Assembly: GCF_009914755.1 (NCBI RefSeq)
Contig: NC_060944.1
From: the human T2T-CHM13v2.0 reference genome, Homo sapiens
Direction: 5' to 3' (one strand)
Length of the DNA: 64,000 bases
A program made the translations under genes and the position numbers. Below are positions 15,629 to 28,068 of this stretch, in pieces (position 1 is the first letter of the stretch; each line of letters begins with the position of its first letter). The notes below the pieces were generated by a model. The model was given only the letters and a program-made list of their open reading frames with translations. It searched no databases and was not told the origin of the DNA.

Positions 15629-17290
15629 CATGCTCATGGATAGGAAGAATCAATATCGTGAAAATGGCCATACTGCCAAAGTAATTTATAGATTCAGTGC
15701 TATCCCCATCAAGCTGCTATTGACTTTCTTCACAGAATTAGAAAAAACTACTTTAAATGTTATATGGAACAAAAAAAGAGCCTGTATAGCCAAGACAATC
15801 CTAAGCAAAAAGAACAAAGCTGTGAGCATCATGCCACCAGACTTCCAACTATACTACAAGGCTACAGTAACCAAAAGAGCATGGTACTGGTACCAAAACA
15901 GATATATAGACCAATGGAACAGAACAGAGGCCTCAGAATGTCACACATCTGCAACCATCTGATCTTTGATCAACTTGACAAAAACAAGCAATGGGGAAAG
16001 GATTCCCTATTTAATAAATGATGTTGGGAAAACTGGCTAGCCATATGCAGAAAACTGAAACTGGATCCCTTCTTTACACCTTATACAAAAATCAACTCAA
16101 TATGCATTAAAGACTTAAACATGAGACCTAATACCATAAAAACCCTAGAAGAAAACCTAGGCAATACCATTCAGGACATAGGCATGGGCAAAGATTTCAT
16201 GACTAAAACATGAAAAGCAATGGCGACAAAAGCCAAAAGTGACAAATGGGATCTAATTAAACTGAAGAGCTTCTGCACAGCAAAAGAAAATGTCATCAGA
16301 ATGAACAGACAACCTACAGAATGGGAGAAAATTTTTGCAGGTGGATATCTGACAAAGGGCTAATATCCAGAATCTATAAGAACTTAAACAAATTTATAAG
16401 AAAAAAACAAACAACCCCATCAAAAAGTGGGCAAAGGATATGAACAGACACTTCGCAAAAGAAGACATTTATGCAATCAACAAACATGAAGAAAAGCTCA
16501 TCATCATTGGTCATTAGAGAAAATCAAAATCAAAATCAAATGAGATACCATCTCATTTGAAATCAAAACCACAATGAGATACCATCTCACACCAGTTAGA
16601 ATGGTAATCATTAAAAAGTCAGGAAACAACAGATGCTGGAGAGGATATGGAGAAATAGAAACACCTTTACATTGTTGGTGGGAGTGTAAATTAGTTCAAC
16701 CATTGTGCAAGACAGTGTGGCAATTCCTCAAGGATCTAGAACCAGAAATACCATTTGACCCAGCAATGTCATTACTGGGTATATACCCAAAAGATTATAA
16801 ATCATTCTACTATAAAGACACATGCACACGTATGTTTATTGTGACACTATTCACAATAGCAAAGACTTGGAACCAACCCAAATGCCCATCAATGATAGAC
16901 TGGATAGAGAAACTGTGGCACATATACACCATGGAATACTATGCAGCCATAAAAAAGGATGAGTTCATGTCCTTTGCAGGGACATGGATGAAGCTGGAAA
17001 TCATCATTCTCAGCTAACTAACACAGGAACAGAAAACCAAACACTGCACGTTCTCACTCATAAGTGGGAGTGGAACAATATGAACACATGGACACAGGGA
17101 GGGAAACATCACACACTGGGACCTGTCGGGGGTAGGGGGCTAGGGGAGGGATAGCATTAGGAGAAATACCTAATGTAGATGACAGGTTGATAGGTGGAGC
17201 AAACCACCATTGCACATGTATACCTATGTAAAAAACCTGCATGTTCCGCACATGTATCCCAGAACTTAAAGTATAATTTTTTTGAAAAAA
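15629..17290 (+). mobile_element. L1PA7/8-like 3' 1.66 kb (ORF2 C-terminal remnant + 3'UTR)
   Basis: ORFs 15591..15962 and 16574..17017 are L1 ORF2p ([10 protein letters not shown]...CWRG...HCWWEC). 3'UTR G-rich tract present. No TSD found. Confidence 0.93.
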
Positions 17291-17829
17291 GAGCTCTCTA
17301 AGGTGCTGAGGAGCTGGAGGAACCAAAATAATTTATCTTGCAAACAGGGAAACTTCAGAAAATGAAAAGTTGTGCTCTTAATATTTCCGCCAGGACAACA
17401 GGCCTGAACTAGAACAACGCAATGAACAGTGTCTATGAGTACAAAACTGCTTATTACTAATATATGAACATTCTCACTGAGGCTTCTTCACAGTTTGTAC
17501 CTGAAGAACAGAAATGATGATTACATGGAGAACCTTGTTCTGACCCCTAAGATGAAGTGGGTGGGTTTTGATTTCTTGTTACCAAGGTAACCTCTTTCAA
17601 TGAGCCTTGAAAAGATAATTACTCAGTGTGAAGACTTTTGCTTTGCATGGCACACCAATACAGTTCACAGACAATCATTTACATAAGAAACAACCGGCAC
17701 ACACAGATTCACCTTGATTTTATGAAGTGCAACTATTCGGAGCATAAACATATATCTATAAAAGAACTTAATCAGCATTAATTTATAAGTATCTCATCTT
17801 AACATTTAAGATAAGTTTTTAGAGCTCTA

Positions 17830-17990
17830 AGGATTCAAAACAACAAGCTTGCCCAATTTCCCCATTTTATAAATGATACCGGGGCCTAAAAATTAAATTA
17901 TAAGCCCAATAATCTCAGAGCATATTAACAGCAGAAATGGGACTAAAAATTAGGTTTCCTGACTCCTGGTCCAGTGTTCTTCTCATCACT
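17830..17990 (-). mobile_element. MIR fragment
   Basis: ccccattttataaatga...cctgactcctggtccagtgttctt. Confidence 0.5.
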
Positions 17991-18529
17991 TTGTGTATTT
18001 TTTATAGCTCTCCACCAATGAGGCAGACTATATTTTTAAAATATTATTTTTAGTTATTTCAGGTAGAAATTAGTAATTGACAACACTTCAAAAATAAAGA
18101 GAAGCTCAAATTACAATAAAATATCATGTAGTCTTTCCATCCATAAATAGCCATGTTAATTTTCCATATACATCCAGGCACCTTTCTACAGATGGATCCT
18201 ATATTTTTAAAAAAGGAAGAGAGATCACATTGTACTGTATTTTAACCTACTTTTTTCCTTTAATATTTTATTGTAAATATGAGTTCCATGTCATTAAACT
18301 TGCATTTGTGGCAGCATCTTGCTGACATAGTTTATTTCCCATCGCAGTAAATTTTACACATGCAGACTCAGTGAAATTGAATCTCAAATTGGGCCTACCC
18401 TGAATTTTTTATGCCCAAAAGTCAGCCTCAATTTGCTCCAGACACAACTCTAGTAAATCTTGGAATCCAAAAAGAGAAAAACTGTCTTAGTCACGGCCTA
18501 AGGAAAAACAGTGAAACCCACAGCTCTTA

Positions 18530-19100
18530 GACAGCGGGAAAATTGCTCAGTGCTGTTTATAAGAGAAATGCATATTAAAATTGCAATTACCGTTTTTCTG
18601 TTATTAAATTGGAGAAGGTCAACAAGCCTGACAACACATTGTATGAGAGAGCACGCAGCGTGGGGGGAAATCAGCACTCTTATGTATTGCTGTGGGAAAA
18701 AAAATCAATACAGCCTCTATGGAGAGAAACTGAGCAAAATCTATTAACATTACAAGTACAAACATCCTTCAATTCAGCAATATCTTTCTAATTCTAGGAA
18801 ATATTACTCATATTTATCTTCCAAAGTGCAAAATGATATGTGCTTGAAGTTAATGATTGCATCACAGTTTCTAATCAAGAAAGACTGAAATTATCTTAAA
18901 TACCTATAAATAGGGGATTGGTGGGCTTATCCATAGAATGCAAAACCATGTAGCCACAAAGAATGTGGCCTTTTGCATACTCATATAAGGCAAATTCCAA
19001 GAATTAATGTTAAGTGGGAAAAGTAGAAAAGCAGGAAAATGCACAGTGTGTTGCCATTTATGTAAGATAAGAAACGCATTAAATATCTCAAGAATACACA
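18530..19100 (+). mobile_element. Old L1ME 3' fragment
   Basis: Degenerate ORF2 end (IREMHIKI..., cagcaatatctttcta) and an L1ME-type 3'UTR. Confidence 0.55.
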
Positions 19101-20559
19101 AGAGTCTCCTTTGTCATCCAGAATCTTGGGCACCATGGAAACTGATATCCTTGAACACGCAGAAACTTGGGTTCAAGTTTTGGCAAATCTCTACTGATTA
19201 GCAGCAAACAAGTTGTGTTTCTCATGTCACTTTTGTTGTTTATTGTTTATACAATAGTCTGCCTTTTCTCTTCTCTCTCCTTTTTCCCTCCTATGGGTGG
19301 CTGCTTTCCTCATCAAGGAGATTGGTCAAATTCAATAGTGTTTAATAAAAGCTAGAAAGTGGTAATTTCTGTGTGAGCATAAGACTGTGATTCTCCAGTT
19401 CAACACTTGCATTTGTCCTTTTATAAACAAACCTTTTGACCTGAGCCCTAAATTAGCCCACCGGGCTCCAAACAAATAACGAGGTTGAAAACAAAGGGGA
19501 GGTTACTGTCATAATCTTCTCAATTGCTGCTCATTACTGGACATCAGGGACTTGGACAAATATGTTCTGCAGATAGAGATTGAGTAACTGAGACTGGAAC
19601 CCTGGACTTAGAACCTTGCTACATCCTGGGGATAATGAGCCAAGTGCCTTCCCTAATGCCTTTCATAGCCACACATAGATGTTTTCCAAGCATGTTCTGA
19701 ACTTTAAAGTGTAAAGCGTTAGGTCTCCTGTTATAAGAAAGAATCCAACTGGCTGCAGCCAGTGACTGTCAGCTCCGTTCTGCAAAAGGATGGTCCATGA
19801 GTCAGGGCATCAGGCCTGTTGCTATCCTTCTCTAGTTATCATGGCTTTGTCTGCTTTCTTTACATCATCATTCTTGTAGCACATAATTTGATGTCTTCCA
19901 CACTTTCATATCTTGTGCTAGAAGTATAAGAAAAACAGATTATACCTTTAGATAGCTCCGCCAGCTTTTCAGAGCTTTAGTGATCTTGAAGTCTATTCTG
20001 TTTGATTTTTTAAAAAAATGTTTGTACTTCTATGTGTCCATGAATTGCTGAGGGCAAGAAACTCAAAACCCAAGTTCTCCCAGATAAAGGTTCGCATTAT
20101 TCTTTGTGCCACCTGATGTCCTGGCAGATACTGTCAGGATCCCTTTCATAACCTCACAGCACTCACCTTTACAAAATGAAAGCAAATACCAGTGATTCTC
20201 TGCCTGAGAAGTTTCTCTTGCCTGTGTATAAGGAAAACCAAAGCGTCAGTTATCTCCAGAAGCGGTCTCTAACCAATGATGAACAGGAAGTTGGGTCCTA
20301 ACGATCTCAGTTTCCTCATTCTTCATTTGTGATTACTTAGGCATGTTCTACACCATCTCCCAGAGTTCTCCACTGAATTACACTCCAGTTGTCCAAAGTG
20401 GGAACCTGCTGGATCATACACATTTTTACAAATGCAGCAGAGATGAATGAGATAGTGAGAGTTTCCTTTCCAGTAATGAGATAATAAAATATCAGAAGAA
20501 ATCCTAGTTAATAATACACATCTCAACCAATACTGGATTTTTTAAGCAATTTTTTTGTA

Positions 20560-23120
20560 AAATCTATGGACAAACTAGCCAGTGAAAAAATAAGACAATT
20601 CCTTAAAAAGTGGAAATAAAGAAAAAGCCAAATTCAAAGAAGTAAACAGTGCTGGAACTAGCATTCTCTCTATGTGTCTCTGATCTCAGGCACTCTCAAC
20701 CTTGAATTTTAGTGAGACATGATGGGGAACAGAAAACAAAACTCGGACCCAAACTGGGTGGGAGTCCTGAAAAAATATTCAACATAAAGCTGCGACCTTC
20801 AAGAGATAATGCTCTCAGGTGTAGACAAAGAAAAAACCCTTCCAAGAGGAGAGAGGATGTTGATCCATTCATGTCTCATGTCTTGGCCTTGGTGATGGGA
20901 GAAACATTAATAATAATAACTTTTTAAATAAACTTCCTTAGAAATCTCTGACCATAACTACCACCACCAGGTTGAGGGCAGAATTTCCTTAACCTATGAG
21001 TTCTGAAATAATCCAAGCCCTGACTGTAAATTAAAGTGTTCCTGGGTTAGTAGTATGTGTAAGAAACCAGCAGAAACAATTGCACATCCTTTTTAGAGGA
21101 CTATCATCTTGACTCAAAACTCCAAAGCATTCCTAGAGACAAAGCTCCAAGAAAAATGAGCTCACAATCAAATATCACCACACACGGAAAACAAGGTAAC
21201 GTGAGTGACAGGAAAGACAACAAGATAATCATACTGGCAATGACTACAGATATTGGAATTAACAGAACACAAAATAATTACGGATGGGCAGATATAAAAG
21301 CATTGGAAATATGATGAAGGAATAAAAAACACCCAACATTGACCAGGTATTTTTGAAAAAGAAACAAATAGAACTTCTGAAGAAAACTGTCAGAATTAAC
21401 ATCAGAAGTTCCATGGATGGGGGAAGCAGCAGGTTAGAGACATCTGAGATGAGAGCCCATGCATGAATGGGAAAGTGGATCTGAAAAAAAGTACAAGGAG
21501 ATATATGGAAAAATGCAGTGCAGAGAGACGACAGGAAGGAGCATAGGATGAAGAAGTCCAACATGTGTAATCAAGGTTTCAGAAAGAAAATCAAGAGGCA
21601 GTGGGCCAGAAGCAATAACTGAAGAGATAATGCCTGAGAAATTTCCAGAACTGCCTGCTGAAAGGATTACATTATTCCTCAGATGCAGAAACCGTATTGA
21701 ACCCAATGAGCAGAAATAAAAAGAAACTCATAAGTAGACATATCCCTGTAAAATTATATAATAACATATTTTTATTTTTAAAAAATCTTAGAAATAGCCA
21801 GAGAAAAAGACAAATATATGAAACTAGAAAGAAAGCTGCTGTGTCAATGACAGCCAAAGGCACAGGACTGTGGAATACAATTTCAAAGTGCTAAGAGAAA
21901 AATAACTGTGAGCATAGAATTGTACAGCTAGCAAAGATAAACTTGCAGGGGGCAGTGGAAATAAGGTTAAAGACATTTTCAGACAACCAAACTGGAGACT
22001 ATTTTGCTAAAAGATTTTTACTACAGAAACCTCAAAAAGAAAGAAAATGATGCCTGGAAAATCTAAGACACAAGAAGGAATGGTAAACAAAGAAAATGAT
22101 AAGCATGTCATAGTAAATGTTTGGGGTTAAAAAATAAAGTTGAATTGAAATCCTTGACAGCAATAGTACAGAAACTAGGAGCTGGTGAATGGAAGTAAAA
22201 CATTCTACAATAAAATCTTATTTTGTTTGTGAGAAGCCTAAAGATTATGCTGAATCTTAGATCTTGTTAAACTTACATTCAATAGGTGTAGCATTTTCGA
22301 GGGGGCATGCAGAAGCCTTCTGAGAATGGGGGTACTCTGTTTCTTGATCTACATGCTGGCTATAGGAGGGTGTTCATTTGTGAAAAGTCAGTAAGCTGCA
22401 CACTTGTAAGATATGCATTTTTTCTATATGTAAATTATACTGTAGTAAAAATTCAAAACATAAAAGAGAAATCACTAGGGTGACCATTTAAGTAATAGAC
22501 TTAAGTAACAGGACTTACTGTTATATACAGGGTATATAAATAGGATATACAACTTCAAAACCAGGAGAGGAAATAAGTGAATTAGAGAAACACACACCAG
22601 ATCCAAAAGAAAATTAAAAAGTTAAAAGGTCAAGTAAAATAAAAAAAGAAAAAATGAAAAGGGCCAAATTTTAAAAATACATAAAAGTGTATCCAAATAT
22701 ATCTGCAGTCATAATCAATATAGATTTGTTAAATGACACAAATTTACAGTCTGGATCTTTTCAAATGTGAAGAAAATGGTATAATAAATACTTAAAACAA
22801 ATGATGAGATACCATAAGAATACCAACTAAAGAAGAGTTAGTGCAGGTATTAATAGTAAGCAAAATAGACTTTCTAGACAAAGCATTAGAAGTGTTAAAG
22901 TGAGGCACTAAAAACTGATAAAGATTTCAGTGCACAAAAGCATTACAGGAATTCTAAATTTCACAATAATGATATTATAGCTACAAAAATAAATATATTC
23001 ACCCTAAGACTGGAAAAAATGATAAAGCCACCATTCTAGTAGGAGCTACTTAATTCTTCCTTCTCTGTAATTGAATGAAAGAAGATTTTTTAAAAGGCAC
23101 AGGATAAAGATTTGAACAAT
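20560..23120 (+). mobile_element. Old L1M 5'/ORF1/ORF2-start fragment, with a short L1ME 3' end nested at about 22300-22460
   Basis: A-rich ORF1-like tract (gaagagataatgcctgagaaatttccagaactg; tggaatacaatttcaaagtgctaagagaaaaataactg) followed by ORF2 endonuclease-region remnants. Confidence 0.6.
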
Positions 23121-23164
23121 GGCAGAAATCAAAACTTCCTCTTTAAAAAATACCATCCTTCCTC

Positions 23165-23888
23165 CAAAGGACATGAACTCATCCTTTTTTATGACTGCAT
23201 AGTATTCCACGGTATATATGTGTCACATTTTCTTTATCCAGTCTATCATTGATGGGCATTTGGGTTGGTTCCAAGTCTTTGCTATTGTGAATAGTGCTGC
23301 AATAAACATGCATGTGCATGTGTCTTTATAGCAGAATAATTTGTAGTCCTTTGGTCATCTACCCAGTAATGGGAGTGTTTCTGGTTCTATATCCTTGAGA
23401 AATTGCCACACTGTCTTCCACAATGGCTGAACTAATACACTCCCACCAGCAGTGTAAAAACGTTCCTATTTCTCCACATCCTCTCCAGCATCTGTTGTTT
23501 CCTGACTTTTTAATGATCGCCATTCTAACTGGCATGAGATGGTATCTCATCGTGGTATTGATTTGCATTTCTCTAACGATGGATGAAGCTGGAAACCATC
23601 ATTCTCAGCAAACTAACACAGGAACAGAAAACCAAACACTGCATGTTCTCACTCATAAGTGGGAGCTGAGCAATGAGAAAACATGGACACAGGGAGGGGA
23701 ACATCACACACCATGGCCTGTCGGGCATTGGGGGACTAGGGGAGGGATAGCATTAGGAGAAATACCTAATGCAGATGACGGGTTGATGGGTGCAGCAAAC
23801 CACCATGGCACATGTATACCTATGTAACAAACCTTCACATTCTGCACATGTATCCCAAAACTTAAAGTACATATATATATATATATAT
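23165..23888 (+). mobile_element. L1PA7/8-like, 5'-inverted (twin-primed) insertion
   Basis: Antisense ORF2 segment 23165-23578 joined to a sense 3' end starting tggatgaagctgg. Tail is (TA)n. Confidence 0.9.
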
Positions 23889-24747
23889 GGAGAAACAAAA
23901 TCATTTTAAAATGTGACTGCAACCCCTGAAATAACAAAAACACCTTCAAATCTCTGGACAAATTCATTTAGAATGCTCTTTAAACAAAAATAAAACCTGT
24001 ATTTTTTCTGATTCCAAAAACAATATAAAATGCTCATATAAAATTGCAAGATCTCAAGTATGATATGACTCTCATCATCACACATCTCAGATAAATAAAT
24101 GCACTGTTAGGTGTTTGGTCTTCCTTAGATCTCCTTAATCTCGATTGTGAGGCAGGAAGCATTTTTAATGAGTCTGTGTTCTAAGAGTCATGCTCTTTGT
24201 CAAATCCACTACAGATGACCATAGTTTTACCAATTAATTAGGCCTCTCCACTCTGCTTTGATACCTGAAAAATAACTGGTTTGAAATCATGGAGGAAAAA
24301 CCCAGGCCAAGGTATTAATTGATGTTTCAGGCTGCAATAAAGAGATGACTTTTTCTGACCAATGAGAGGGTAGATTAATTAGCAGGATAAAACTTCAATA
24401 CTGTTTTAATTGATTGGAACTTTCCAGTGTCCCTCCCTGAGCAATAATGTGGATATACATTAAGCTTTTGGGTACACAAGAGTAAGAAAAAGAGAAAAAT
24501 GAGATAAGATGAACAGTGAGGTGTATGTTCTGGTGTTGCCCATTTAGAGGCAACAATGAGAGTAGATGCATTGGCTTCCAGTCACACGCCCTGATGTTCT
24601 CCCTTTTTCCCTGATAAGCAGCAGCTCAATAAGAGATTTGCCCAAGTGTTTGTTATTTTGCAGCCTGACAGGGAGGCACTTTCAAAAGGTTTGCTTTCTT
24701 CTTTTGCAGGACTACTAGGCATGTAGAGAAACTCTCTAGATGCTCAG

Positions 24748-25346
24748 TGTATTCATTTGTTATTAATTCCATAACAAATAACTGCTAATGGAGTGGCTTA
24801 TATAACACAAATGCATTATCTTTAAGTTTTTAAAGTCAGATGTGCAACATGGATCTCACTGGGCTAGAATCAAGGTGTTGTCAGGGCTATGTTCTTTTCT
24901 GGTAGCTCTAGAGGGGCATCTGTTTCCCTGCTCATTTGGTTTTTGACAGAATTCAGTTCCTTTTGATTGTGACCAAGATTCCTTGTGACCTTCCAGCTGA
25001 GAGCCATCTCCAGCTTCTAGGGGCCCCTGTCTTCCTTGACTTGTGGCCTCCTTTCTCCATATTCAAAGCCAGCAATGACAGATTGAGTTCCCCTCATGCT
25101 TCAACACCCTTCTCCTTCTTCCAGCTTATCTCTCTCTCCCCAGCTGGGAAAGATTCTCCACTTTTAAGGACTTGTGTGATTAAAGTGGGCTCACCTGGAT
25201 AATCCAGGATATTTTTTCCCTGTCTCAAGTTCTGTAACCTTAATCACATGCCAAGTCCCTTCTGCCATACATGTGAAGTGACACGTTCATGAGTACCAGG
25301 GATTAAGGCATGGACATCTTTGGGAGACCTTTTTCTGCTAACCACA
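24748..25346 (-). mobile_element. MaLR solo LTR (MLT1E-like)
   Basis: Antisense MLT1 from tgtattcatttg...ataacaaat to ttttctgctaaccaca. Confidence 0.75.
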
Positions 25347-25887
25347 GTGGGATAGAGAGGCAGTTCTATCACAGTCTGGTTCTCACAGTTTGGGAACCAA
25401 GTGAGCACTTCAAGCTGCAGAAAACCCTTGCATGGGGGAAGGAAAGAGGATGGCTCTGTTCTTTCCTTTTTCCTGCTCTCCCTCCCCTGCCTTCACTGTC
25501 TAGATGCCAGGATCCAAGCCATGGGCTGAGGAAAGTCAAGAAGGCATAGCAGTCCTTCCTAACTGGGCTGTGGGATATCTGAGTGCATACCAGTGTATTC
25601 AATGCTTAAAGAACGCTTTTGTGGTTTCTTCAGGGTTCCCTACAGGGTATTTCTCTCCTACAGCTCTCTAGCAGAGGAGGTGCATCTCTATCCAGATGAC
25701 AAATGCACACTGAGAAGAAATGCAGGAAGTCAGCCTGAAGGGCTCAAGTACATGGCAATAGGTGGAGTTGCAAGTGAGGACTCAACCATATGAAATGGGG
25801 CTGTGTAAAGAGTGGGAGACAGCAATGGGGGTGCTGTGGCTCAGGGACTGGGAAGAGGCTCAACTATCCAATGCGCTCTAACATAAG

Positions 25888-26360
25888 GTCTTAATCTCAG
25901 TGGGGGGCTTCCCCAGAAGCAGACATTGAGAGGAAAATTCAAAGGCAAGCAGTTTACCTGGATGTTTCCTGCAATACCAGCAGGGAAGTTGGGATGTTAT
26001 ATAAGGAAGGGAGGCAGCCTATAAGGCATGCATTGTTATATCAACTAAGTGGTGGACAACTGAAGCTTCATCCCATGGGAGAGCCAGGAGAAGCAGTGTG
26101 GAACACACTGCAGAGCTAGCTAACCTGAGGGGCAAGGGACATGGGGAACTCACACACTGTCTGCTGTCACTCACTGGCTGAGTTTCCTCCTGGGGAATGT
26201 TTAATGCTCCAACACTTCTGGCTTGTGTGGGCAGAGCATCCTTGTTAAAAAGTCCCCTGTCACAGAGTGGCAGGGCAGGCATCTAAAGTTATCAGCTGTA
26301 CACTGGCATAGTAGCATTCTAGACAAACAAATGATGCATCCAGGCCTGGGGTGAAATGAA
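25888..26360 (-). mobile_element. ERVL solo LTR (LTR33-like)
   Basis: ttccccagaagcagacattgag...cacactgcagagctagctaacctgaggggcaaggga. Confidence 0.65.
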
Positions 26361-27164
26361 AGGGAAGAGTAAGAGAAAAGTATGCATGCTGTTGTTGTGC
26401 ACTTTGAGGAATAGAATATATCCCACAATCTGGATAGGGATAAATCTAGAATGGAAAAGAGGGTTTCAAAAGATATCAGGTTCAAGAGACCAAGAGTATC
26501 ATAGTGACTGGGGTGCAATGACTAGTATGCAAAACAGTAGCAATAGAAACCAGTATGTACCAAAAGCTCATTTACATGGCATAAGAATGAGGGCAAGACT
26601 GTGGGGAATGGGCAGGGAAGAGGTGAGCAAGGCTTTATGGAGAAAGACTGGCTGAGACCATGTCTTCAAGGATGGATCAGAGCTAGCAGAACACTTTGCA
26701 TCATTTGTTTTGGTAACCTCTTTCTGCTGTGACATTTAATTAAAGCCAGAAGGAAAGTGAGAGGGAAAATGGCCATGTCCATTGCATGAGGGGAAGGGGT
26801 ATCTCCCAAAGTTCATTCTAGGCACAGCCATGGGGCTGTCCTGGAGCACAAGATGAATGCTCTTTGCTGTATGCTGAGATCGTCTCAGAAGAAAAGATCA
26901 CACAGTGGTATTTCAGAGCTGAAATGGTTTTCTCAGCTCCTTTTTCCTAATTTGCTGGAGACTAGTTCAGAGAAAGTAATTAGAGTTGCTTTGGTAATGT
27001 GTTTGCTTTACCACTTTCAATTAAGGACAAGAATAAAGTGAAAGAAAGAGAGAGAGAGAGTGCACAACAGTGAAAGTACATTTTAATGCTCCCACCAGTC
27101 CTCCATGCAAACTTGCACATTATTTTCTTGGTTATTTTAAACTAATGAGTCCCCAAGTTGTTTC

Positions 27165-27540
27165 ATTTTAAGCAGCTTTGTTAAGGTATAATTAACATAT
27201 AATAAGTTGCACATACTTAAACTGTGCAATTTTGATAAGTTTTGACATATACATAAATGATGAAACCACTACTGCAATCAAGATAATGAATACGCCCACG
27301 ATTCTAAAAGGTTATCTGTGTTTTTTGAAAACCCATCCTCTAGCCCCTCCTGCCCCTACAGGCACTCTGAAACAGACAACCACTTGCTTTCTGTCGCTAT
27401 AGGTTAGTTTACATTGGTAGAATTTTATGTAAATGCAGCCATGCAGCATGTACTCTTTTTTGTATCATCTGGAATTATCTTGAGATTCATCTGTGGTTTT
27501 TTATGTATCAATAGTTTATTACTTTTCATTGCTGAGTGGT
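27165..27540 (-). mobile_element. L1MB/MC 3' end
   Basis: cagctttgttaaggtataattaacatataataagttgcacatacttaaactgtgcaat. Confidence 0.7.
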
Positions 27541-27596
27541 CTTAAGTTTTCAAGATTACAAAATCAAATATTTCTTTAATTTTGAGACGTGGTCAT

Positions 27597-28068
27597 TGTA
27601 TCATTTTCTTAGGGCTGCCTTAATTAATTACCACAAGCTTTAAAGAACAGAAATTTGTTTCAATTTCTGGTGGCTTTAAACAACAGAAATTTATTGTCTT
27701 GCATTTCTGGAGGCTAGACTTCAAAATCAGGGTGTCAGCACATTCCCTTGGAAGGCTCAGGGAAAATTGTGCCCTTCTCTGAGCTTCTGGTATTGCTGGC
27801 AGTCCTGGGTATTCCTTAGCATGCAGGCACATCACTCTCATCTCTGCCTGTATTGTTTATGGTGTTCTCCCCTGACTGTCTCTGTCTCTGTGTCTCTTCT
27901 CCTCTTCTTAAAATGATACCAATCATACTGGATTAAGGGCCCACTCTATTCCATTATGACCGTATCTGAATTAATTACATTTGCAATGGTCCTATTTCCA
28001 AATAAGTTCACATTCTGTGATTTCAGAAAGGACTTGAATTTGTAGGGGACAGCATCCAACCCCGGACA
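27597..28068 (-). mobile_element. MaLR solo LTR (MLT1B/C-like)
   Basis: tgtatcattttcttagggctgcc...ggtcctatttccaaataagttcacattctg...ca. Confidence 0.78.

Noticed and set aside
27637-27713. Imperfect duplication of about 36 bp in MLT1 (also 19 bp at 57699-57737 and 10 bp at 55261-55280)
   Set aside because: Ordinary slippage-scale duplications inside dead repeats.
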